Shown here piece by piece: positions 50,226 through 58,279 of a stretch of 64,000 nucleotides of DNA. The position numbers were made by a program, and so were the translations under genes. How positions within the stretch are numbered: the stretch's first letter is position 1; every line of letters begins with the position of its first letter. Under the pieces are notes generated by a model. The model searched no databases. It was not told the origin of the DNA and saw only the letters and a program-made list of their open reading frames with translations. The DNA comes from Myxococcota bacterium (GTDB lineage Bacteria; Myxococcota_A; UBA796; UBA2385), in contig JBIJDH010000012.1 in NCBI GenBank assembly GCA_044344255.1, forward strand, positions 165,300 to 229,299, in the 5' to 3' direction.

Positions 50226-52394
50226 ATGCGCCTGAACAACATCCTCGACGCGATCTCCGCCTACGCCCCGAACGCTGACCTTGATCTGGTCATGCGCGCC
50301 TACGTCTACTCGGCGAAGGCCCACGCCGGGCAGCTCCGCAAGAGCGGCGAGCCCTACCTCATCCACCCCATCGCCGTGGCCGGCATCTTGACCGAGCTGC
50401 GCATGGACGTGGACACCATCTCCGTGGCCCTGCTCCACGACACGATGGAGGACTGCCTCGCCACCCAAGACGAGCTCCGCGAGCAATTCGGCTCCGACGT
50501 CGCCGACATGGTCGAGGGCGTCACGAAGATCGGCAAGCTCGAGTTCCGAAACAAACAAGAGGCCGCGGCCGAGAACTTCCGCAAGCTCGTGCTCGCGATG
50601 GCCAAGGACATCCGGGTGATCCTCGTGAAGCTGGCAGACCGGCTCCACAACATGCGCACCATGGAGCACATGAACCCGGACCGCCAGCGCGCGATCTCCC
50701 AGGAGACCCTCGACATCTACGCGCCGATCGCCAATCGGCTCGGCCTGTCGCGCTGGAAGTCCGAGCTGGAAGACCACTGCTTCCACTACATACACCCCGA
50801 GATCTACGCGACCCTCGAGGCCAAGGTCGGCGCACAGTCCCTTGACCGACAGGCCTACATTGACCGCACCGCCCAGACGCTGAAGGCCCAGCTCCTCGAG
50901 CGCGGCCTCGCCACGGACATCACCGGCCGCCCCAAGCACCTCGCCAGCATCTACCGCAAGATGCGCGACCACAACCTCGAGTATGAGCAGGTCCACGACG
51001 CCCTCGCCTTCCGGGTCTTCGTCCCTGACCTCGGGAGCTGCTACGTCGCGCTGGGCCTCGTTCACTCGATCTACCGCCACGTCCCCGAGCGGCTGAAAGA
51101 CTTCATCGCCAATCCCAAGTCGAATGGCTACCAGTCACTGCACACGGTGGTCCTCGGCCCCGAAGGCCGACAGATCGAGGTGCAGATCCGCACCACGGCG
51201 ATGCACCAGGTGGCCGAGAACGGCATCGCCGCCCACTGGCGCTACAAGGAGGGCCACCTCGCCCTCTCCCGCGAAGACCTCAACAAGATCGCCCGCCTCC
51301 GCGAGCTCTTCGAGGCCGCCCAGGAGGTCACCGACCCTCAGGAGTTCCTCGAGACGGTCAAGGTCGATCTGTTCTCCAACGAGATCTTTGTCTTCACGCC
51401 CAAGGGGGACGTCAAGTTCTTCCCACAGGGCGCCTCTGTCCTCGACTTCGCCTACACGATCCACAGCGAGGTCGGCGATCACTGTGTCGGCGCGCGGGTG
51501 AACGGTCGACAAGTCCCGATGCGCTACGTCCTCAAAGAGGGCGACACCATCGAGATCATCACCAAGCCGGAGCAGCGGCCCAACCGCGACTGGCTCGACA
51601 TCGCCCGCACCGGCCGGGCCCTGTCCAGGATCCGTCGATACATCCGAGAGGAGGAGCGGGAGAAGGGCCGCCACCTGGGCCGGGAGATGCTCGACAACGA
51701 GCTCAAGAAGCGGGGCCACTCCTTCGCCAAGCTGCACAAGGCCGGCACGCTGCTCACCGCGGCCAAGAAGTTCGGACACCGCTCGGTCGAGCAGCTCTAC
51801 CTCGCCCTCGCCACCGGCACCGTGCCGATGGAGAAGGCGCTGCTGGAGATGATCCCCGCCGAGGACGTAAACAAAGCGCCCCCGGAGGACACCAACAACC
51901 CGATCGTCAAGTTCTTCAAGAAGATCACCAGCCGCGCCGAGAGCCCGGTGTTGATCAACGGCACCGAAGACGTGATGGTCACGTACGGCCGCTGCTGCAG
52001 CCCGCTCCCGGGCGAGGCCGTCGCCGGCTACATCACGCGCGGTCGCGGCATCACGGTGCACGCCGCCGGCTGCAGCCAGCTCCTCGCCCTCGAGCCCGAG
52101 CGGCGCATCCCGGTCGAGTGGCAGAAGACGGCGAGCTCCGCCCACGCCGCCGAGCTGCGGGTGATCTGCCGCAACAAGCCCGGGATGCTCGCCGACGTCG
52201 GCGCCATCTGCAAGACCCTCTCGATCAACGTGAGCCGCATGGAGGCCGCGCCGCTCGAGGACGACAAGGGCGTGCTCACGCTGCAGGTGAGCGTCACCAA
52301 CCTCGACCAGCTCAACAAGCTGATGCGCAACCTCGAGAAGATCTCCGGCGTCATCAGCGTCGACCGCGTGCGGGCACACCCGCCCCAGAGCTGA
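50226..52394 (+). CDS. spoT: Bifunctional (p)ppGpp synthetase/hydrolase Rel/SpoT
   Basis: LLHDTMED (intact HD), KLADRLHNMRT, RLKD, YQSLHT, EVQIRT, TGS and ACT domains. Confidence 0.95.
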   Translation: MRLNNILDAISAYAPNADLDLVMRAYVYSAKAHAGQLRKSGEPYLIHPIAVAGILTELRMDVDTISVALLHDTMEDCLATQDELREQFGSDVADMVEGVTKIGKLEFRNKQEAAAENFRKLVLAMAKDIRVILVKLADRLHNMRTMEHMNPDRQRAISQETLDIYAPIANRLGLSRWKSELEDHCFHYIHPEIYATLEAKVGAQSLDRQAYIDRTAQTLKAQLLERGLATDITGRPKHLASIYRKMRDHNLEYEQVHDALAFRVFVPDLGSCYVALGLVHSIYRHVPERLKDFIANPKSNGYQSLHTVVLGPEGRQIEVQIRTTAMHQVAENGIAAHWRYKEGHLALSREDLNKIARLRELFEAAQEVTDPQEFLETVKVDLFSNEIFVFTPKGDVKFFPQGASVLDFAYTIHSEVGDHCVGARVNGRQVPMRYVLKEGDTIEIITKPEQRPNRDWLDIARTGRALSRIRRYIREEEREKGRHLGREMLDNELKKRGHSFAKLHKAGTLLTAAKKFGHRSVEQLYLALATGTVPMEKALLEMIPAEDVNKAPPEDTNNPIVKFFKKITSRAESPVLINGTEDVMVTYGRCCSPLPGEAVAGYITRGRGITVHAAGCSQLLALEPERRIPVEWQKTASSAHAAELRVICRNKPGMLADVGAICKTLSINVSRMEAAPLEDDKGVLTLQVSVTNLDQLNKLMRNLEKISGVISVDRVRAHPPQS

Positions 52395-52421
52395 GCCCGG
52401 GCCCGCCCTGCCACTCGGGGG

Positions 52422-53126
52422 TCAGGCGGAGGGCGGGGCAGACCCGCCGGAGGGGCCCTCCCCCCACAGGCAGAGGCTCTCTCCCTGCGCCAGGCGGGCC
52501 TCGACCCGACCGTCGACGAGCGCCAGCCGGCCCTCGGCGATGAGGCGGAGCACCAGCGGATAGACCCTGTGCTCCATGACCAGGATCCGCTGCTGGACCT
52601 GCTCCTCGCTGTCGCCCGGGCGGAGGGCCACCACGCCCTGGGCGATGATCGGCCCGGTGTCCATCCCGGCGTCCACAAAGTGCACCGTGGCCCCGGACAC
52701 GCGCACCCCCGCCGCCCAGGCCTGTCGCTGGGCGTGCAGCCCCGGGAAGGCGGGGAGGAGAGAGGGGTGGATGTTCACCACCCGCCCCGGGAAGGCGTCG
52801 AGGAAGGTGGGGCCGAGCACCCGCATGAAGCCGGCGAGCAGCACCCAGTCGACCTCGAAGGCCTGGAGCAAGGCGACGAGCTCCGCCTCCATCGCGGCCC
52901 GGCTCTTGCCCCGGTGATCGATCAGCGCCGTAGGGACGTTCGCCTGGGCGGCGCGTACGAGCCCGTAGGCGTCCGGCTTGTTGGAGACCACCACCGCACA
53001 GCGGGCGCCGGAGCCCGTCTGTCGCAGCCCCTCGAGCAGGGCGGCGAGGTTGCTGCCCGACCCGCTCAGCAGCACGGCCACGCGGACGGGCCGCGTCGCG
53101 GCGCCAGGGGCCGCCTCCGCGCTCAC
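52422..53126 (-). CDS. purN: Phosphoribosylglycinamide formyltransferase
   Basis: [35 protein letters not shown]. Confidence 0.97.
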   Translation of the reverse strand: MSAEAAPGAATRPVRVAVLLSGSGSNLAALLEGLRQTGSGARCAVVVSNKPDAYGLVRAAQANVPTALIDHRGKSRAAMEAELVALLQAFEVDWVLLAGFMRVLGPTFLDAFPGRVVNIHPSLLPAFPGLHAQRQAWAAGVRVSGATVHFVDAGMDTGPIIAQGVVALRPGDSEEQVQQRILVMEHRVYPLVLRLIAEGRLALVDGRVEARLAQGESLCLWGEGPSGGSAPPSA

Positions 53127-54130
53127 GGGCTCAGGACCACGGCCTGCTGCGTGTCTTCGACCACCCGACCGACGACGCGGCCCCCCGCCCGAGCGGCCAC
53201 GGCCTCGGCCTCGGCCTGCGGCACGATGATCACCATCCCGAGGCCACAGTTGAAGGTGTCGAGCATGTCGGCCTCGCGGAGCGAGCCGAGGCGGCGCAGC
53301 AGGTCAAAGATCGGCGGCTCCTCCCAGCTCCCGCGGTCGAGCACGACACCGAGCCCCGGCGGCAGCACCCGCGGGATGTTGCCCGGCAGCCCGGCCCCGG
53401 TGATGTGCACGAGGCCGCGGACGTCGTGGTGCGCCAGCAGGTCGAGCACCTCCCGCACATAGATGCGCGTGGGCGTGAGCAGCACCTCGCCGAGCGGGCG
53501 GTCGAGGCCGTGGTGCTCGGCCCAGTCCAGTGAATCGACGAGGCGCCGCACCAACGAATATCCATTCGAGTGGACACCCGAGGAGGGCAGGCCCACCACC
53601 GCGTCTCCGGCGACGATGCGCGCCCCGTCTACGAGGCGCTCGCGCTCGACGGCGCCCACGGCGAAGCCCGCGAGGTCATAATGCCCCGGGCCATACATAC
53701 CGGGCATCTCCGCCGTCTCTCCGCCGATGAGGGCGCAGCCGGCCTGCACGCAGCCATCCGCGATGCCCGCCACCACGCCCACCGCGATCTCGGGAGAGAG
53801 GCGGCCCGTGGCAAAATAATCGAGGAAGAAGAGCGGCTCGGCCCCACAGGTGACGATGTCGTTGACACACATCGCCACGAGGTCTACGCCGATGCTGTGG
53901 TGCACGCCCATCCGCTGGGCCACGAGCAGCTTCGTGCCCACGCCGTCGGTGCCGCTCACGAGCACGGGGTCGCGGAAGCGGCCCATCAGGCTGAAGAGCC
54001 CGCCGAAGCCGCCGAGGTCTCCGATGACCCCTGGCCGCCGCGTGCGGGCGACGTGGCCGCGGATGCCCTCGACCACCGCGTCGCCGGCCTCGATGTCGAC
54101 GCCGGCCTCCCGATAGGCGTGCCCGCTCAC
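53123..54130 (-). CDS. purM: Phosphoribosylformylglycinamidine cyclo-ligase
   Basis: [41 protein letters not shown]. Confidence 0.97.
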   Translation of the reverse strand: MSGHAYREAGVDIEAGDAVVEGIRGHVARTRRPGVIGDLGGFGGLFSLMGRFRDPVLVSGTDGVGTKLLVAQRMGVHHSIGVDLVAMCVNDIVTCGAEPLFFLDYFATGRLSPEIAVGVVAGIADGCVQAGCALIGGETAEMPGMYGPGHYDLAGFAVGAVERERLVDGARIVAGDAVVGLPSSGVHSNGYSLVRRLVDSLDWAEHHGLDRPLGEVLLTPTRIYVREVLDLLAHHDVRGLVHITGAGLPGNIPRVLPPGLGVVLDRGSWEEPPIFDLLRRLGSLREADMLDTFNCGLGMVIIVPQAEAEAVAARAGGRVVGRVVEDTQQAVVLSP

Positions 54131-54729
54131 CCCGACACCCCGGTGTCGCCGGGCCCCCCGTCTTCGCCGGTCATGGTCGGGGTGTAGCAGGTCACGAGGC
54201 CGAGGTTGCTGTCGAGGCCGCCAGCGTCGGTGATGACCATGCCGAACTCGTACTGGGTGTCAAAGAAGGGCTCGCCGCCGCGGAGCAGCAGCACCGTGCC
54301 GAGCGTCGCCTCGTGGGCCTGGCACTCCGAGGTGCCGGTGTTGCCGGTGTTCGAGGGGAAGGCGGGGTCGGTCGTGTCGATGGTGCCGTCGGGCACGTCA
54401 TCGAAGTGGACCTGCATGCGGTAGGAGCTGAGGTCGCCGTCTTCGTCGGTGACCGAGGCCCAGAGCGTGAGCGTGACCACGTCGCCGTAGTCTGCCGTGC
54501 TCTGGATCCCCGTGTTCTCGCAGCGCAGCTCGGCGACGACCGGGGCGGTGCCCTCACAGGTGGCCTGCGTGTCGTCGCCGCCGTCCCCGCCGAGCGGGGG
54601 TGCGGTGCCGGAGTCCTCCTCCTTGTCGCCGCCGCAGGCGCCGAGCAGCAAGGCCGCGCCGAGCAGGAGCCCCGAACGAAGCCCCGCCTCGCGGAGCCCT
54701 CCAACACCCATCAGTCCGAGCGTCTTCAT
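54127..54729 (-). CDS. Hypothetical lipoprotein
   Basis: LLLGAC lipobox; acidic DSG linker; GGAGG RBS. Confidence 0.65.
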   Translation of the reverse strand: MKTLGLMGVGGLREAGLRSGLLLGAALLLGACGGDKEEDSGTAPPLGGDGGDDTQATCEGTAPVVAELRCENTGIQSTADYGDVVTLTLWASVTDEDGDLSSYRMQVHFDDVPDGTIDTTDPAFPSNTGNTGTSECQAHEATLGTVLLLRGGEPFFDTQYEFGMVITDAGGLDSNLGLVTCYTPTMTGEDGGPGDTGVSG

Positions 54730-54796
54730 GCTGCCTCCATTCTCGGCCAGGGTAGCACGCCCCCCGCCGAGGGGCACCGCCGGTTAGGGGGCGGCC

Positions 54797-55369
54797 GTGC
54801 TGCACCTCGCCGCTGACACCCACCCCGACTGGCTCGCCGCCGCCCTCGGCGACATCGGCCTCCTCCTGCTCGACCACGCCCACTGCGAGCGGAAGGCCGC
54901 CTCGACGGCGATCAGCCTCACCTACCGCTACGGCGATGACGCCGGCCTGATGGCCCCCCTCTCGGCGCTGGCGCGGGAGGAGCTCGCCCACTTCGAGCTC
55001 GTGCTCGGCCACCTCGAGGCGCGCGGCCTCTCTTTCCGCCGCCTCGAGCCCGCCCCCTACGCCGCCCGCCTGCTGGCCGCGGCGCGGAAGCCCGAGCCAG
55101 ACCGCTTGGTCGACACGCTGCTCTGCTGCGCCCTCATCGAGGCCCGCTCCTGCGAGCGGATGAAGCTCCTCGCCGAGGCCCTGCCGGAGCCCGCCCTCGC
55201 CGCCCTCTACCGCGGCCTCCTGGCGAGCGAGGCCCGCCACCACATGACCTACGTTGACCTCGCCCTGGCGCGCGCCCCCGCCGAGGCCGTCTGGCCCCGC
55301 CTCGCCGAGCTCGCCGCCCATGAGGCCGCTGTCCTCGAGGGGGGCGGCCCCCTCCGCATGCACTCCTGA
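54797..55369 (+). CDS. miaE: tRNA-(ms2io6A37) hydroxylase MiaE
   Basis: DHAHCERKAA, EELAHFE, IEARSCER, SEARHH di-iron ligands. Confidence 0.92.
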   Translation: MLHLAADTHPDWLAAALGDIGLLLLDHAHCERKAASTAISLTYRYGDDAGLMAPLSALAREELAHFELVLGHLEARGLSFRRLEPAPYAARLLAAARKPEPDRLVDTLLCCALIEARSCERMKLLAEALPEPALAALYRGLLASEARHHMTYVDLALARAPAEAVWPRLAELAAHEAAVLEGGGPLRMHS

Positions 55370-55424
55370 GGCCTGCGGCCCCCTCCGCGGTGCGGCGGCG
55401 ACATCTGCGCTATGCTCGCCGGCC

Positions 55425-56213
55425 ATGGTCAACAAGCCCACGAACCCCATCGGCCTCTACCGTCAGCTCCGCGACCAGCTCGGCAGCCTGCGGTCGGTCT
55501 ACATCCCTGGCAACCGCATCCAGAAGCGCGGCGACTTCGCCCGCTACCCCGAGACGGTGCTGCTGCTCCACGGCTTCTTCCAGACCCGCAACGTCTGGGA
55601 GGTGATGGAGGACCGCCTCCGCCACGATGGCTACGGCGTGCTCTCCTTTGACCTCGGCGGCCTGCTCTGGCGCTACAACACGCGCCCCATCAACGAGCTC
55701 GCCACGATGATCGCCGACAAGGTGGAGGGGATCTCCGAGCGCTACGGCCTGCAGCGCTTCCACGTCATCGGCCACAGCAAGGGCGGCCTCATCGCCCGCC
55801 AGTACATCCAGCACCACGGCGGCGACCGCCGCGTGAAGTCGCTCATCACGCTCGGCACCCCGCACCACGGCACCCCCACGGCCCTGCTCGGCGTGGCCCT
55901 CTTCGGCGGCGGCCTCCTCTCGCAGAGCCCCCTCGAGATGCTGCCCGGCTCGGGGGTCTTGAAGGGCCTCCGCAACGACACCTTCCCCCACAACATCCCC
56001 CTGTCGAGCCTCTACTCGAAGAGCGACGTGGTCTGTCCCTGGTGGTGCAGCGTCCTCCGCCCGCGGCCGGGCGAGTCCTCGATGAAGAACCTCACCGTCA
56101 AGGGCGTGGGCCACACCGCCCTCACCTTCGATCCCGGCGTCTACCACATCGTCCGCCACGAGCTCGAGCTCGCCAGCCAGCTCTGGCAGGAGCGGGAGCA
56201 CGGGGCGGGATAG
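55425..56213 (+). CDS. Alpha/beta-hydrolase (lipase/esterase)
   Basis: LLHGF, GHSKGG, TLGTPHHG, SKSD, GH. Confidence 0.88.
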   Translation: MVNKPTNPIGLYRQLRDQLGSLRSVYIPGNRIQKRGDFARYPETVLLLHGFFQTRNVWEVMEDRLRHDGYGVLSFDLGGLLWRYNTRPINELATMIADKVEGISERYGLQRFHVIGHSKGGLIARQYIQHHGGDRRVKSLITLGTPHHGTPTALLGVALFGGGLLSQSPLEMLPGSGVLKGLRNDTFPHNIPLSSLYSKSDVVCPWWCSVLRPRPGESSMKNLTVKGVGHTALTFDPGVYHIVRHELELASQLWQEREHGAG

Positions 56214-56244
56214 GCGCTCGGCCCTCCGCCGCTCCGACCCTCCG

Positions 56245-56290
56245 GGCGCCGATAGACCGCCTCAGGGCGCCGATAGACCGCCTCAGGGCG
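56245..56290. repeat. 21-bp direct tandem duplication overlapping the ice-binding gene stop
   Basis: GGGCGCCGATAGACCGCCTCA x2. Confidence 0.85.
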
Positions 56291-57449
56291 CGACGATGGT
56301 GCTGCTGTCGATCACGACCGCGGTCTGCGCCAGCAGCCGCCCGTTCACCGAGGCCCCGGTGCGGAGCGTGATCGAGGTCGAGGACAGGAGGATCCCCTCG
56401 AGGTGGGCGGTGGTGCCGAGGTCGACGAAGCCGCTCACCTGCCAGAAGACGTTCTCCGGCAGCGCGCCGCCCGACAAGCTCACGCGGACGCCGCTCGACA
56501 CCACGAGGTCTTGGGCGATTTGAAAGACCCAGACGTCTGTCCCCGACCCATCGAGGGCGAGGTCTGCCGCCACGGACACGCCCGTGCCCCACTTGTACAC
56601 ACCCGGCGCCAGCGTCATCCCCCCGAGCGCTCCGCCCCCGTGCTCGACGAAGTCCGGGGCCCGCCCCGCCGCGTCGGTGGCCGCGGTGCCGAGGTCGCCC
56701 ACCGCGGCCGTGAGGTTGGCGGGCGTCGGGTCAGCGTAGTTCGCCGCGTAGATCTTCCCGGTCACCTGCGGGCTCGTGGAGAACACGTTGGTCGCGTCGG
56801 CGCTGAGCGAGAAGCCGGTGATGTACGAGGCCGCCGCCGGCGAGAGGCCAAGGTCACCGGTCACTGCCGAGCCGGGCACCGTGGAGATGCCGCTCTTCGC
56901 GAGGATCGCGTACTCCCCGGCCCGCCCAAGCTCGACGGGCTGCCCCGGCGCCAGCGCCGCCCCGGTCGTGAACGTCCAGACCGTCGCCTCGGCGAGCGAC
57001 ACCCCGTGGGCGCTGCCCACTCCGACGGTGAGCGTGGCGGTGTAGAGCGTACCGCTCTCCAGGTGCGCAGCCGGCCAGAAGGTCGCCGCACGATCCTCGG
57101 CGATCACGGTCCCGAGCACCTCCACCGCGCCCTCCCCCGACGTGAGCGTAAACGTCGCCGTGGTGAGCGTGCTCGCATCCATCTTCTCGCTGAAGGTGGC
57201 GCTCACCGCCACGTTGAGCGGGGCGTCCAAGCCGCCGTCGAGCGGAGAGACCAGGAGCACCGTCGGCACTGTCTCGACGCCCGTGTCCCCGCCCACCGTG
57301 TCATCCCCACCGTCCGCGCCGTCGGCGCCGTCGCCGCCGTCTGCGCCATCCCCTCCCCCATCCCCGCCACCGGAGTCGGGCCCCTTCCCGCCACAAGCAC
57401 AGAGGAACAGGAAGAACATTGGCGTCGCCCGGGCGCGGCGTAGGGGCAT
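56283..57449 (-). CDS. Ice-binding (DUF3494) lipoprotein with Ig-like (Big_5) domain
   Basis: FLCAC lipobox; SATFSEKMD..WTFTT Ig-like; AILAKSGIS..GDLGLSP..PGVYKW..WVFQI..NVFWQV..GRLLAQTAV. Start uncertain (57470/57449/57419). Confidence 0.9.
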   Translation of the reverse strand: MPLRRARATPMFFLFLCACGGKGPDSGGGDGGGDGADGGDGADGADGGDDTVGGDTGVETVPTVLLVSPLDGGLDAPLNVAVSATFSEKMDASTLTTATFTLTSGEGAVEVLGTVIAEDRAATFWPAAHLESGTLYTATLTVGVGSAHGVSLAEATVWTFTTGAALAPGQPVELGRAGEYAILAKSGISTVPGSAVTGDLGLSPAAASYITGFSLSADATNVFSTSPQVTGKIYAANYADPTPANLTAAVGDLGTAATDAAGRAPDFVEHGGGALGGMTLAPGVYKWGTGVSVAADLALDGSGTDVWVFQIAQDLVVSSGVRVSLSGGALPENVFWQVSGFVDLGTTAHLEGILLSSTSITLRTGASVNGRLLAQTAVVIDSSTIVAP

Positions 57450-57493
57450 CGAGAGGATCATGGGGGTCACCGTGCAAGAGGTGCAGCGGACAT

Positions 57494-57509
57494 GGCAAGC
57501 CGCGTGCCA
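57494..57509 (-). promoter_or_regulatory. Sigma54 promoter for the ice-binding protein gene
   Basis: TGGCAC-GCGGC-TTGCC. Confidence 0.75.
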
Positions 57510-57862
57510 GCGAGCGCTACCGGCGTCCTCCCTCGCTGATCGGCGGTTCCGGTGGGTGACGCCGGCGCAGGACCTCCTCGTCCGCGAGGAGGCGTGCCAT
57601 CAATATGATGTACTCGGCGGGTGCGCGGGCGGCGACGAGCGCCTCGGGTGCACACCGACCGGAGCCACAAACTGGGACAATCTGTTCAGCACGGAGGCCG
57701 CCCCGGTGAGGCGCAGGTCAGGGCGAGCGACCCGCATCGTTCGCCCTCTGCCCGCCGCACCACAGCCACCTCGCCTCCCCTACCGCCCTTCCACCCTTTT
57801 CCCCTCTATTCTCCTCGAAGCCCCACCGCCGCGCGGTCACCCGCCACACGCACCCCGGTGCT

Positions 57863-57878
57863 TGGCACGCCGGTTGCA
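57863..57878 (+). promoter_or_regulatory. Sigma54 promoter for the small membrane protein gene
   Basis: TGGCAC-GCCGG-TTGCA, a consensus match. Confidence 0.8.
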
Positions 57879-57925
57879 TTCAGTCTCTGCGTCCGGGCCA
57901 CTCCCCGGAAATATTGGAGGCTCTC

Positions 57926-58132
57926 ATGACCCGCGTTGCCACCCTGTCCTCGACCGTCGCTGTCCGCCGCCCCACCGCGCCCGTTGCCCCCCAAACCCGA
58001 GCCCCGATGTTTGCCACCGTGCTGGCCGAGCCGGCCATCTCCACTCCCTGGCAAGCCGCCTTCTTTGTCGTGCTCGCCGCCCTCGTGGGGCCGCCAGCCT
58101 GGATGGCGGTGGTGGAGTACCTCGTTGGATGA
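57926..58132 (+). CDS. Small (68 aa) membrane protein
   Basis: GGAGG RBS, sigma54 promoter, C-terminal hydrophobic segment. Confidence 0.6.
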   Translation: MTRVATLSSTVAVRRPTAPVAPQTRAPMFATVLAEPAISTPWQAAFFVVLAALVGPPAWMAVVEYLVG

Positions 58133-58279
58133 AGGGGCCATTGCGACGGGGGGCGACCCGAAGGAGGGGCTCCACCTTGGACAGTGCGCCCACCCCGGGC
58201 GCGCCAAGACAAATGAGCGGAGCCCTTGAACTGGTTGTGCGAATGTGAGAACTAACGATCCCCCACGCACCGGCCCGAC

